In this document: piece after piece, positions 51,471-64,000 of the stretch
How the letters are laid out: the number at the start of each line of letters is the position of its first letter
How positions within the stretch are numbered: the stretch's first letter is position 1
Assembly (NCBI RefSeq): GCF_006345805.1
Contig: NC_043009.1
Span: 54,932,001-54,996,000, forward strand
From: Octopus sinensis
Lineage: Eukaryota
Direction of reading: 5' to 3'
DNA: 64,000 nt
Translations under genes and position numbers: made by a program
Notes under the pieces: model-generated
What the model was told of the DNA's origin: nothing
Databases searched by the model: none
What the model saw: only the letters and a program-made list of their open reading frames with translations

Positions 51471-51680
51471 ACGGGAAGCTTTATGAAAATAAACAAAAGA
51501 CGAAGGCAGGTGGAGTACAAACAAAAAATTGTATTAGTATGGCGCTCAGGAATATAAATAAAACAAGTCTTTTACGTTTCGAGCCTACGTTCTTCAACAG
51601 AAAGATACACAGAAAAGAAACACGGAGAGAAACAAGGAGAGAAAAAAAATGTGTGCAGAAGCTAGCGATTCAACATGGCG
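51470..51680 (-). mobile_element. Penelope-like (pseudo-LTR) remnant embedded in (TA)n
   Basis: Flanked by (TA)n on both sides and contains a minimal hammerhead-like motif; the class is inferred from that motif. Confidence 0.55.
51566..51606 (-). ncRNA. Minimal type I hammerhead ribozyme-like motif with variant core CUGUUGA
   Basis: Minus strand TCTTT-CTGTTGA-A-GAAC-GTAG-GCTC-GAA-ACGT-A-AAAGA: 5-bp stem I, stem II with one A.C mismatch, palindromic ACGU stem III, GUA triplet. Confidence 0.55.
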
Positions 51681-51889
51681 ATATATATATATATATATAC
51701 CATGGACTCTTCTGTCATTAGATGACATATGAGGATTCAGCAATTTCTTGCTGAACAACTATGCAGATGATTTGTTTATAGTGATCAAATGTCTGTGTTC
51801 AAATAAGCTCACTCCCTCCATCAAATCAACATTACCTGTACAGGTGTACCATGTGCCACACATCAGATGATGAAATGATGTGTGTATCA

Positions 51890-52148
51890 TTATCATCATA
51901 ATCACCATCCTTTAACGACCGTTTTCCATGCTAGCATGGGTTGGACAGTTTGACCGGGGTCTGGGAAGCCATGGAGGCTGCACCAGGCTCCAGTCTGATC
52001 TGGCAGTGTTTCTACAGCTGGATGCCCTTTCTAATGCCAACCACTCCGTGAGTGTAGTGGGTGCTTTTTACGTGCCACCAGCACAGGTGCCAGGGGAGGC
52101 TGACAACGGCCACGATCAGTTGGTGCTTTCTACGTGCCACTGGCACAG
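51890..52148 (-). mobile_element. Family C element
   Basis: Body, tail and two array units. Confidence 0.85.
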
Positions 52149-52154
52149 AAGTCA

Positions 52155-52187
<33 letters not shown>

Positions 52188-52454
52188 TACATCATCCGCA
52201 TCATTGTTTCATGTTGTTTGTTCCATGCTGGCATGGGTTGGACAGTTTGACAGAGGGCTCTGTCAGATTCTATGTCTGCTTTGGCATATTTTCTACAGCT
52301 GGATACACTTCCTAATCACATAACAGAGTGTACAAGGAGCTTTTTGCATAGTGCCAGCACTGACGAGGTTGCCAAATACCCACAAGATAAGACCCTTCAA
52401 GTGAGCAGGGTATAGGCTAGAGGAATAAGAAACTATGATAGAGGGACAAGAGGG

Positions 52455-52630
52455 CAATGGATTAGCAGTTATCTACACTAGCTGTTCAGCGGGGACTGGA
52501 TTAGCAGTCGACTACACTGAACTAGCTGTTCAGAGGGCACTGGATTAGCTGTTCAGAAAAAAAAAACTGAGCTAGCTGTTCAGACCATGCTGAGTTAGGT
52601 GTTTAGAGACAGCACTGAGCTAGCTGTTAA
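52455..52630. repeat. Degenerate minisatellite built on TAGCTGTTCAG
   Basis: Exact TAGCTGTTCAG at 52479, 52523, 52546, 52573 and a variant at 52621. Confidence 0.85.
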
Positions 52631-54461
52631 TGTACTGACGCTCTGACGCTTACTTGGGTAAGTAAAAGAAAATGAAGAAGAAAAAGAAAGACAGAAGAAA
52701 AAGAAAGTGGAAACATGCGAAAGTGGAATCTATAAATCAATAATGAATCACTTACAGCAAAATCAACCTTCAAACAGCATCACTCAGTATTTTTGAAAAT
52801 AACATGTCTACTTACATACAACTCAACTTTTTTCATATTTTGTAAAAATTCAACACATACCTAAATAAAAAAATAAAAAGAACAAGCATTAGTATTGGAA
52901 ATTTTTCAAATGTCTTCTCTAGTCTTTTATTACACTAGAAAATGATATTTAACATCAAAATTTCATAATTTTAGTATATGCAATTTACTTTGCTAATCTC
53001 CTACCCTCCAAACTTACCCATAAAATGTAACACCTATTCAACCCTTGGGCAAGAGAACTGGTTCATTTGACATCAGGGCCTGTCCACACATGTCAAGAGA
53101 TGGACCTTCCTTCCTCCGAATACTGCACTCTTTAACCATAGGACAAATATTTTTGGTTCACAATAGGAAGTATGTTAGCCTACACTTAACAAGAGTCTAT
53201 AAGTTTGGCGTACAAGTCTGTTTTGCTAAGTAGATTTTTGACCATTTCTAGAAATAGTTTTACTATAAAGTAATTTTTCTTTTGGTATTATCAATGTGAT
53301 AATGATGATGTTGAAACATTGTACATCCACCGGCTTGTTTTCCTTCTATGAGAATGGTTCTAGAGCAGTCATGTTTGTTTTCATGCTTGACCTCATCATC
53401 ATATATCTGTTTACAACACTGAGAGTAGTTCTAGTTAGAAAGTGTGCAAGTTAGAAAATAATAGGATTATATTTTTGTGAACAGAGCCAAGCACTTTGTG
53501 TAGATGTCAAATTCTATTATGTTGAATTTGTGATAAAGTTGTAGCTATTTTATACAACTCTGAAGGTTAATGACCTTCTGAAACAAGTGAGTATAACAAC
53601 ACTCTTTGGATGTCTAAAAATTAAACTTCTATGCTTGTTTCACAGTTTGAATCATAGAATAAAGTTTTAGTAACCAAGCGTCCTTCCAATCACGCCCTAT
53701 TTTCTTAAAATAGAAAAGACAAACTGAAAAGTATATCAGATACACTTATCTGCGAAAAACAAAAAGGGTGGTCACAACTAAGTCAGGCTATCTTGGGCTA
53801 AACAACAAAAACAAGCACATGCCTATTAAAGATTATTTGTGTTTTATATACCCTCTAAAAGTCATAACAGTAGATAAGCTTTATATTCTTTGTATTTATA
53901 CCTTGTCTTTAATCTTTGATTTGTACATAAGTCACTTTTTTGTGAATACCATTTGTAAATTTCCTTGTCTTTGTGTTTAAATAGTTAACTCATTTGAATG
54001 AAACAATACCAATCATTGCCAATACTGTCTAGCAAATTCACAGAGCCATAGATATTTGAAGCAATTTGTTTCTATGATCTCTGTCCAGAAAAGACAGACA
54101 AACCTGAGCTTTTAAGTCAACACTTCTCACTGACTGACAATATATGTAACATCCAGTGGGAATTAGACTTAAAATTTGCCAATGAAGAACATATATATTC
54201 GCACATGTAGAAGCTCATCATCATTGTTTTAACATCCATTTTTCTATGCTTTCAAGGGGCAGATGAAATTAACTAAGGCAGATTTTCTATGGCTGGATGC
54301 CCTCCTGTCACCAACCCTCACCTGTTTCCAGAAGACTGAAAACAAATGACACTGCTTGTATAATGGTGATGCTCATTTACAGCTATCTTGTGATGTCAAG
54401 ATAAGGGGACACTAATACACAAACACACATATACATATATAACAGGCTTCTTTCAGTTTCT

Positions 54462-54691
54462 TATTTCTTTATTGCCCACAAGGGGCTAAACATAGAAGAG
54501 AAAAACAAGGACAGACAAAAGGATTAAGTCGATTTCATCGACCCCAGTGCGTGACTGGTACTTAATTTATCGACCCTGAAAGGATGAAAGGTTGACCTCG
54601 GCAGAATTTGAACTCAGAACATAACGGCAGACGAAATACCGCTAAGCATTTCGCCCGACGTGCTAACATTTCTGCCAGCTCGCCGCCTTTC
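54462..54691 (-). mobile_element. Family B SINE nested in a family E SINE (CORE-like head, (TGA)n-type tail; host about 54228-54812)
   Basis: 19-bp TSD CAGGCTTCTTTCAGTTTCT at 54443-54461 and 54692-54710. Confidence 0.92.
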
Positions 54692-55226
54692 AGGCTTCTT
54701 TCAGTTTCTATCAACCAAATCCTCCCACAAGGCTTTGACTACAATAAAAGACACTTGCCCAGGGTGATATATGGGAACCTAATACTATGTGATTGGAAGT
54801 AAACTTCTTAATTATTACAGAGATGTACTTGAATAGCAAGTGACCTGATCTGAGATCGTGTGCTGGAACGAAAACAATTGCAGCATGGAAGATGTTCATA
54901 AGCCATTTAAGAAACACACAAAAACCATTAGATTCACTTCAACATTTAAATTTAATTTGCCAAAACATTTTTGTCGCTTTGAGACCGCGACCTGTTCACG
55001 GACAACAAAATTGTCACTTGTTACTGCTACTCCATTTAACACACAATATATATATAAAGACTAAATGTCGTCACAGGCACATTTCTTTTGTGGCAGAATC
55101 AAATTCTACTTCGACAGTCATGATTGTTTCCATGCATGACATCATCAACATTTATTTTTTTTTACAATATCAATACTCACAGAAACTGTGTAGGTGATAT
55201 GACCAATCTTTCCAATATACCCAGTC

Positions 55227-55263
<37 letters not shown>

Positions 55264-56609
55264 GCATTGGTATATGCTTAACTTTGTGTTTGCAACAAGA
55301 TTTGGTAGATAAGGTGCATGCAGATTTTTGAGCTCTTTTCTTGAATAAGAAACAAATGCAATTTCTGTGCAAGTAGATATGGTAATTTATAAAGAATTAT
55401 GATCAATGCAGAAAAATCAGATAGGGCTTTGGGTGTCAGGTTACAGCAGGAGATCACTTAACACATTGCTTGTTACAAGTTAAAACATCACTCAAGCCAT
55501 TCTGTTCCACTCCTAGACAAATCACACCATTCTCTCGCTCTCTCTCTCTCTGCTTCAGTCTGTTTGGCTAACAACAGATTCCATTATTATTTCATAACAA
55601 TGTGATTAACAACTGAAAGAGTAAGCAACAAGCAATAAAAAAAAATCACTTACTGCAAGAAGATAATACTATTCAAATTCCCAAAGACTATCTCACTTAC
55701 ACTAGTATAGTAAAATGTATGCAACAACAAAATAAAAAACGTGTAGAAGGAAAAAGAATTATTAAATGATTCAAAGAAGAAAAATTCTTATATATCAAAC
55801 ATTATTTAATAATAAGTATTATGTAACTTCCATATGAATTGTACTTTTATCTATATTTTCCATTGTGGTTTTTTCTCTCTGAGTGACAGACCCTTTCAAA
55901 CAGAGAATTCCTAGGTAATCTGTTTCTAATATAATAGAAATATTCAATACGAATGAATCCTATTGGCCTATTATGCGAATATATTTGCCCATAAATCACA
56001 ATTAGAGGTGAGAGAATAGAGATTACAACAAGGGGGAAACGGCAGTGTTGTAAATAGATCAAAGGATGTTGGCATAAGTAGGTAAAGTAAACATTTTCGA
56101 AAGAAGTCATTGATCAGAATTCCTATAGCGTATCTATCATTACTGGATCTACTGGGAGAAGTTCAGAGAAACTGCCAATAAATAAAATATAGTTCTTGAA
56201 ATCTTTGTGCCAATCAGTAAAAGAATTCTTTGGTTCAAATCTTAAATAAACATACAAAAGCCAAATAAAATCAGACCAAGGCATCCAGAGAGAAATATTT
56301 TGTTATTCATAGTCAATGCACATAGTGTTGGCATGAATGCGTGGTAAAGAAGATCGATTTGCAACCATGTGATTTTAGGTTCAGTTCCATTGCACGGCAC
56401 CTCGGGCAAGTGTCTCCTACAATAACACTGAGCCAACTAATGCCAAGTGAATGAATTTGGTAGATGGAAAGTGCCTGGAAACTCATTGTGTGTGAGTGTG
56501 TGTATATATATATACACACACACACACACATATACACAAAAGGCCTCCACACAATTTCCATCTAATAAATACATACATACATTCTAACACACATGCATAT
56601 GTATGTATG

Positions 56610-56640
<31 letters not shown>

Positions 56641-57600
56641 TGGTGTCCTCTACTCATATATGCATGTATATATACATGTAGAGGTAGGTGCGTACATATA
56701 TGTATGTATATATGCATATGTTTTATTTATTTATTAATTTATTATATATATATATATACATATATAAATATAGAATAGTGGTACACCAAAGCACCAATGT
56801 TTACCGGAAACAGCAGTTGATAAATTTACTACACTATAGTATACACACACATGTATGTATGCATGTGTGTCTTTGAGTTTGTCCTCAACCATCACTTGAC
56901 AACTTGTACTGGTTTGTTTGCATCCTCATAACTGAGAGGATTGGCAAAAGGAACCAACAGAATGAATCCCAAACTTCTTCAAAAATTAGTACCAGAGTTT
57001 ATTTGTTTGATTAAACCATTTAAGCTGGAACCCACAGCATGGCAGCAGTCCAATGACTGCATTGCATACAAGTAAAAGGAGATAACCCTAAAAACTTCTG
57101 CAATTCAATGCAGAAAGGTTTTGTTTAACGTGAAGAAGGAGAATAAAAGGAAGGTGGGAAGGATGTATAAAAAGGTGTAAAAGGGGAAAAAATAATGTTT
57201 TGGTTTATCTATCATTCTGAAATTATGTTGCCAAATGATTACAAGTATAATAGCCAAAGAGAAATGTTAGTTTGGCAAGAACAGAAATTTTCTTGATTAA
57301 AATTCAAACCAGCTCCTTAAACCGATATAGAAAAGAAAATGGCTACTTTGAATAGATATTTTATAATTCATTGTGACAAGAGAATATATGATAGTATATA
57401 TGTATACATGCATACATACCACATACATACAGACAGGCAGATTGTTTAAGCTGGAACTATATAGGGAAAATTCTCTCAATTACTTCAAGTGCCAAGTCAG
57501 GACGGTACAATTGAGAATTGTTTCATTGTAACATTGACTTATATGTAGCCACAAATTCATTCTCCTCCTCTCTCACACACATATCTACACACTCATTCAC

Positions 57601-57637
<37 letters not shown>

Positions 57638-57849
57638 TACACGTATCTGCACATTCATTCTCTCTCACACAAATATATCCACACATACACACGCAGTCAT
57701 TCACTCATTCTCACACATACCCAGTCTGATATCACGTGCTCATTTATATATATATGCATACAGACATACTATTTCACACAAAGAAACAAAAACAAAACAT
57801 TTGCATACAGAGACACAGGGAGACATATGTTGCCATAGAAACATGTATT

Positions 57850-60533
57850 CAAACAGGACCTCATATATATTCATATATATTCACATAGGAACAGATAAAG
57901 ACATATTCACATGAATGTACACACTCTAATTACAATCCATAAATATACAGTAACGCCCTAGCTTTGCCAAACTTTCAAATGATAGTATTTATACAAGTCA
58001 AATTTTAGAAACATTTCCAACTGGATCACTAAGTCTTGAATATCATTAATTTCTAATTACTTTTGTGAATTTTATAATTAATTTATCATCTCTTCAGTGT
58101 AATTACACAGCGAAATATTAACAGTAAGCACATTGGCAGACAATGCATTATGCAATATGCAGCAAAATATGCATGTTTCTTAATGTCCCAATAGAGATGA
58201 AATTGTCATGTTTAAAAATTTTAATAAACCTATGATTTTGTAGTCCGTATGCAGTGTCCCTGGGCAAGTAGTTATGACTGACTACCACAGTATGTCTAAT
58301 GAACTAAGTGGTTCTATACCTACTTTAAAGTTGAAGCTATAAAAATGCTGTCTCCAACAATATGTAAATGCAGATTTATAGATAGCACCCCAACAATACT
58401 AATATGGAAAAATGGATATAATGTAAAAGAATGAAATATAAAGATATAATTTTATCCTGCCCAATTCAAACAAAATTTAGTACAATCATTGTAATTAGCT
58501 TATCTTTGTCTTAAGACTACAAACTCTAATTCCTTCTAATTCTAAAGATGCTTTCACAGAACATAGTAAGCCAACTAAATATGTTTCTATGATCACATCA
58601 TATTTTTTTTATTGGTTCTTTACTGTACCAGGACCATATTTAAAAACCCTAAACCTTGACCCTTTTACTGCGGAAGTCAAATATATCCAATCAAAATCAC
58701 CTCATATTTTTTTTATTGGTTCTTTACTGTACCAGGACCATGTTTTAAAAACCCTAAACCTTGACCCTTTTACTGCGGAAGTCAAATATATCCAATCAAA
58801 ATCACCTCATATTTTTTTTATTGGCTCTTTACTGTACCAGGACCATATTTTAAAAACCCTAAACCTTGACCCTTTTACTGCGGAAGTCAAATATATCCAA
58901 TCAAAATTTCATTACCCTTAACTAGAGAAATCAATTTTATATACCAATCGTTCTTTTATTGAGAAATATCATGTGAAACTATTTTTTGTTGATGTGTGTC
59001 AAATTTATAGAGGCAGTATGACTTGCAGAAAATACCAATTCTATTTTTGGCAGGCATTTAACGTCATTACCAGAATAACCATGAAATTTAATTTCACAGT
59101 TATAGACTTATTTTGCACCAGGACCATATTTTAAAAACTCTAAATCTTTATCACAATTAACCCAATATAACCAGTAAATATGACCTGAAAGTAAAATGGA
59201 CAGTGAAGTGTCATTGTCTACTCAACCATTCAATCTAGAAATACTGACAAGGATTTTACAACACGGTTAATGTTGATAGTACATTGTGAGTGTATTATTA
59301 GCTCTGCTTCGATTTTGCTATAAATGATACGATTCTTCAGCAATCTGCTGCCATCCATTGTAGTTGGTGACTTATACAAACATCACACTAATGTAACGGT
59401 TTGCTTTATTGTTCAGAATAACTTAGCTCAGCTTCATCATTCACACTCGTCTTCATATTAAGCATGTACAGAGAAGATTTTCACCAAACAAGCTAATTTT
59501 GCACAATGTTTTATTTACTTATACTATCTTAATCCAGTACATACTATTTTTTCTTTTTGCACAGAATACTGCTACTTTGGTGGAGTGACTAATGGGAATT
59601 ACTATCAAAATCAAGGTCTTATACAACTAAATTCTACCAAACCATGATATATCCAGTTGTATTCCATCCACAATGTGCTACTTACATTCTAATACTAACA
59701 AGTTTTCTTTTCTTGTGGTAGGAGATGCTCTTAAAATACACATATTGTATCTAATTTCAATATTTTATTTCTAAGAAAAAAAATATGATCCCTCAAAACA
59801 ACTGGTATCCCATAGCAACCTTTCGTTTTTTTTTTTTTTGAAAAAATATACTTAAAATACCAGTATTGTATCTAGTTTCAATTCAATATTTTATTTCTAA
59901 GAGAAAAATATCATGACCCTTCTAAGCATATAGTACTCCATAGCACCCCCTTGACATTTGCAACACTTGTGAGTTAACAAAAGTTCCACCAAAGGGAGTG
60001 CTACCACCCAGGTTACAAGAATTATTTGTTCCACAACCACTTCAAGCACCTTTCCTACATTTCAATTTAAGTGAAGATGTTAACTGAAATTCCAAACAGA
60101 AAACTAAGATTTGAATACCAATTTGAATAACTGTCTCACTGAAAATTACAAATATTTCTTTATGTACTGAAGTCAATAATACATATTTCAAGTCATATCC
60201 CTTTCAACCATTAAATACTAGGGACACTACATTTGCATTATTACTAATAAAGACTTCTTTTTTTTTTTTTTTTTTTTACAATCAATATTAACTATTTAAT
60301 GCTTGTGACCATTATGATGAATACTTTTTTCTTTTGTTTCTGTTTCCAGCAGGAAACAGTCATCTGCCGTTTTTACATTCATTTCCAGCTCAACAGATAC
60401 TTGGTAGTACTCTCTGAGTCATCCATCCAATATTGACTTTCTTCGGTGTGTCATCCATGGCAACAGAACCACACATGGTAACTTAAGAGAGGAGCTGATA
60501 GACAAAGTTGTTTACATCTCTTTGCTAATATTA
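57850..60533 (-). other. TE-depleted island; candidate long terminal exon / 3' UTR of a minus-strand gene
   Basis: Minus acceptor TTTTCTAACTTAATTTCTTCCTTCTAAAG| at 60534 with CTAAC branch motif; all frames stop within 28 codons; about 2.7 kb without the SINEs that fill the rest of the window. Confidence 0.3.
58592..58905. repeat. 104-105 bp tandem triplication
   Basis: Units start at 58592, 58696, 58801; only a few differences; diverged partial fourth copy near 59113-59150. Confidence 0.95.
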
Positions 60534-61888
60534 CTTTAGAAGGAAGAAATTAAGTTAGAAAAAAAAAACAAAAGCAAGAAAATAAACAGGGAAAGTGAAT
60601 GAGTGAGAATGTGTGTGTGTGTGTGTGTGTGCGTGTGAGAAGTACTGTGAAGTTAAAAATGCTTCATATAATATTGCGTGACAATATGTTCTAGACAATA
60701 AAATACTATGCCAAAACATTCTAAATTATTTTGAATACACAATACAAAAAAAAAAATAGAAAAGAATGATTAGCATGTGTTTAAAGAGAACTAATAGCAA
60801 GAGTTTTGTATATGTACACATGAATGAAAGGTATGTGAGAAGTGCAATTGTATTCATTTCATTAAAATTTCACATTACAGAGAGTTTATACTACTGAATA
60901 CTCAAAAGTAGAGCTGTGTAAATATTACATTTTGAATTGTTGGGCAAAATAAAATGCCCACAGAACACCCTGTAAAGAGCTTGACAAATGAAAGGAGATA
61001 GTCAGCAGATGAGGGAATCCCTTTTAGTCATGTCATGAAGATTGACACTTGTTCTAGAACTCGTACCACAATAAAATGCACCCACTGCATTCTGTAAACT
61101 GGTTGGCAGATTAGTAGAGATAGTACAAGGTTGAGTCTTGTCAAGGATATGATACCTACTTTAAGGATAGTATCACAATAAAATGCACTCAGTAAACTCT
61201 ACAAATTGGTTGACTTAGTTTCTGTAGGCGGATGCCCTTCCAATGCCAAAAATGAAACATACATGTGAGATGTGGTGCTCTGAAAGGAGGAGTATATCCC
61301 AATAACAACTAACTTGGACAGTGATGACCCAGCCAACCCATGTCAGTGTGAAAAGCAGGCATAAAATCCAGTTCCTTATGTACTGTGGTTTGATGTTGGA
61401 ATTCAAGAATTTGGATAATACAGCAATCTTGAACAGACATGTAATAGTTGAGTAAATGGGGGGGGGAGTAGAGCTTGCTTTTTGTCTTTTCAACTGTTGC
61501 CAAAATCTGATGATTATTATTCCCATTTACAGGACCAAGATGAAACCATAGTGCAGAAATAACTACAAGCAATAAACATGAATACAAAATGCCTTGAGCA
61601 CTGCGGTGTTTTACAAGGGAAAAACAAAATCAATTCCCATAGCCATACACATATCCATAGACAAACTCAGATATATCAAATAACATACAACATAAATTCT
61701 TGGTTTACTAAAATTTTCTCTGCCTCTAAAAGACGCATTATAATTACCGAATAGCAGTTATGACCAACTCCACTTGAGAATCCCAAGAATTAAGATGTCT
61801 CCAAAATTAACATGCCATCAAGGAAAAGACAGGCTTATTGTCTGGAGATATGAAGGTAGTCATGGACACATGTTATGGACTCTATCTA

Positions 61889-61932
<44 letters not shown>

Positions 61933-62056
61933 CAAAATAGGACAAGAACGCAAAACATTCAGAAGACGATACAAAAAACACAGACGGGTCATTCGAAGCC
62001 TTTATTCTTCAGTCAAGAACCGGATCATCCTCGCAATTTCGGCTATTGTAAAACTG

Positions 62057-62217
62057 ATAAAAAGAGTACAGTGAACTTGCTGTGAGAAGTGGAAAGCCCA
62101 ATGTTTCAGACAGAGTCCTTCTTCAGCAAAAATTAGAAAAGAGAGAAGTAAATGAGAGACAGCAGAGTTTTGCAAAGTTTTCCACTCTTCATGGCAAGTT
62201 CACTGTACTCTTTTTAT
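62057..62217. repeat. Inverted repeat (24-bp perfect, about 40-bp imperfect arms) enclosing a decayed hammerhead-like core
   Basis: ATAAAAAGAGTACAGTGAACTTGC at 62057-62080 and its exact reverse complement at 62194-62217. Confidence 0.9.
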
Positions 62218-64000
62218 TGATTTAACTACATTGTATAAGTCTTGTCAATGCAGAACAACACCAGGCTCATTTGAGTCCATTTGATCATATATGTACATGT
62301 GTATGTCTGTGTGTGTGAGGGTGTGTGTGTGTGAGAGAGAGAGAGAGAAAGATAGATATATACACATGCATATGGATATATATTACACACATACATATTT
62401 GCACACACAAAAAGAGAGAAAAATAGACAAAAAGAGAGACAGATAAGAGAAAAAAGAAAAGAGGGAGGGAAGGGGCAAGGGAGAGAGAGAGGAGGAGAGT
62501 GCAAGGGAGGGAGGGAGGGAGAGAGTGCTTCAGATTAGCAATTCTAATAAGAATCTGCATAAACCATCTGCATAAACTAAAATGTGATATCATCTTAACA
62601 TTACTCATCGAAGCCAATATGTCAATAATTGTTAACTATTAATTAACAGCTTAATCTTTTTAGACTCATCACAGAAACATAAAAACTCTAGGATGAAAAC
62701 CCTTAAAACAATACTAATGTTTCTTCTTCACTGTCATCATCATCATCATCATCACCATTTAACATTCATGCTCCATACTTGTAGGGGTTAGATGGTTTGA
62801 CGGAATCAAGTGAGACCAAAGATTACATCATGTTGCAGCATCTGCCCTTCCTAACACCAACCACTACACAGTGTGTACATAGGTACCATATGAGGCAACC
62901 ATGCAGCTCACAAGACTATGAATCCCAAAGGTTTTATGTAAGGAGATGAGTGGTTTGCAAAGCAAGTTCTTGTCGGAGAAGAGCTACATGGCTACTCACG
63001 TTTAGAAGAGAGGATGAAAATAATCAGTAAGAAGTATGATGAAATAAATAAAGGTAATAAGGTGTGTAGGTGGCCCCTCAAGATACAAGGTACATAGAAT
63101 GGAGTGGGAACAGAGAAACTAGGAGTGTGAGTGGGTGGGTGACACTTTGCATGAGGTTATGGAAGTGATCGAGAGATGGAGAGGGGTGGGAAGGTAGGCA
63201 ACAACTGTAAAGATTGGGTAGGGCTGAAAGGTGTATACTGAGGGTGGTACATAAGGAGCAGAGGAAGACCAATGATGCACGTGATGGGGACTACAATTTA
63301 ATTTAGAAATTTAACCCCAATGCAGCAAATGCTGTTCTTCTAAGTTCCAAGATAACCAAATTGACAACACATTCAATATATCACCAATAAATAGAACATT
63401 AAACTTTATCTATCAATTTTAAAAGTTTTGCTTTTGTAAACAGAAAGAACACCTGTTGTATATATCAAAGTTTAAATTTGTACATTTGTAGTTTAATTTA
63501 TGTGATGTCTGTAGCTATAGATTTTATTTAAATTTTATACAATCTTTTGAGTTGAAGAAAAAAAAATCTAAGTTCACTAATTTTCTGCCTATCTTTTTAA
63601 ACTTTCTTTTCTTATTTCAAATAATTCTGCACAATACTTAATGATAGCATGCAAACGCATGTGGCTTAGCAATTAGAGTGTTACACTCATGATTACAAGA
63701 TCATGGTTTCAACTCCTAGACTACACAGTGCATTGTGTTCTCAAACAAAACACTTCCTTTCATGTGACTGCAGACTGCTCAGCTGTAAATGAATAACCCT
63801 GCAAGAGACTAGCATCCTACTCAGGGAGAATGTTGTGATCTATAGGTCACAGACATCAGGTAACCAGCCCTGTGGTAGCTAAGACTTGGGACAGTAATGC
63901 CCAGGGGTTGATAAGATGATGATGATGATAAAACTGACCAATTTCTCAAATAAACAAATTGATTTCTTTTAACTAGGGTTGGAGGTGTTGTTGCTCAATT

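Noticed and set aside
54957-55005. Hammerhead-like topology (TTGTC/GGCAA outer stem, GTCGC/GCGAC hairpin) on the minus strand
   Set aside because: Neither CUGANGA nor GAAA is present, so it is only a hairpin in an unclassified repeat (about 54825-55015).
58589-58921. ORF with a 35-aa repeat
   Set aside because: Unit 1 is 104 bp and changes frame relative to units 2-3; poly-T tracts and composition indicate non-coding DNA.
60344-60484. Plus-strand exon with strong acceptor and G|GTAACT donor
   Set aside because: All three frames contain stops, and the pyrimidine tract is equally explained as minus-strand UTR; it could only be non-coding.
61985-62030. CTGAAGA...GAA motif on the minus strand
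   Set aside because: No convincing stem I or II, and GAA is not followed by the A that starts stem III.

Overview
AT-rich, repeat-saturated eukaryotic DNA, probably intronic or intergenic. The SINE, microsatellite and MITE landscape resembles what I recall of Octopus (coleoid cephalopod) genomes; that assignment is inference, not a database result. I find no intact protein-coding gene, no true tRNA or rRNA gene, and no CRISPR array or prokaryotic operon. Nearly all ORFs in the track are translations of SINEs or microsatellites. The well-supported content is: (1) several SINE-like families, which I label A/E (tRNA head plus CORE-like domain), B, C (61-66 bp array plus (TGA)n tail) and D (two young copies with TSDs); (2) 3' fragments of non-LTR retrotransposons (CR1, RTE-X, RTE, L2/Crack-like, two R4/Dong); (3) a pogo DD35D transposase fossil; (4) piggyBac- and hAT-type MITEs; (5) Penelope-like remnants, one with a minimal hammerhead fold; (6) several local tandem duplications. 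A few splice-site-flanked candidate exons hint at a large host gene that I cannot identify. The most interesting signals are a LINE-SINE shared 3' tail with a covarying stem-loop, a non-canonical minimal hammerhead motif, two independent SINE-B insertions at the same position of the CORE-SINE, and the array-headed family C element. I cannot show that any of these is a previously undescribed system.
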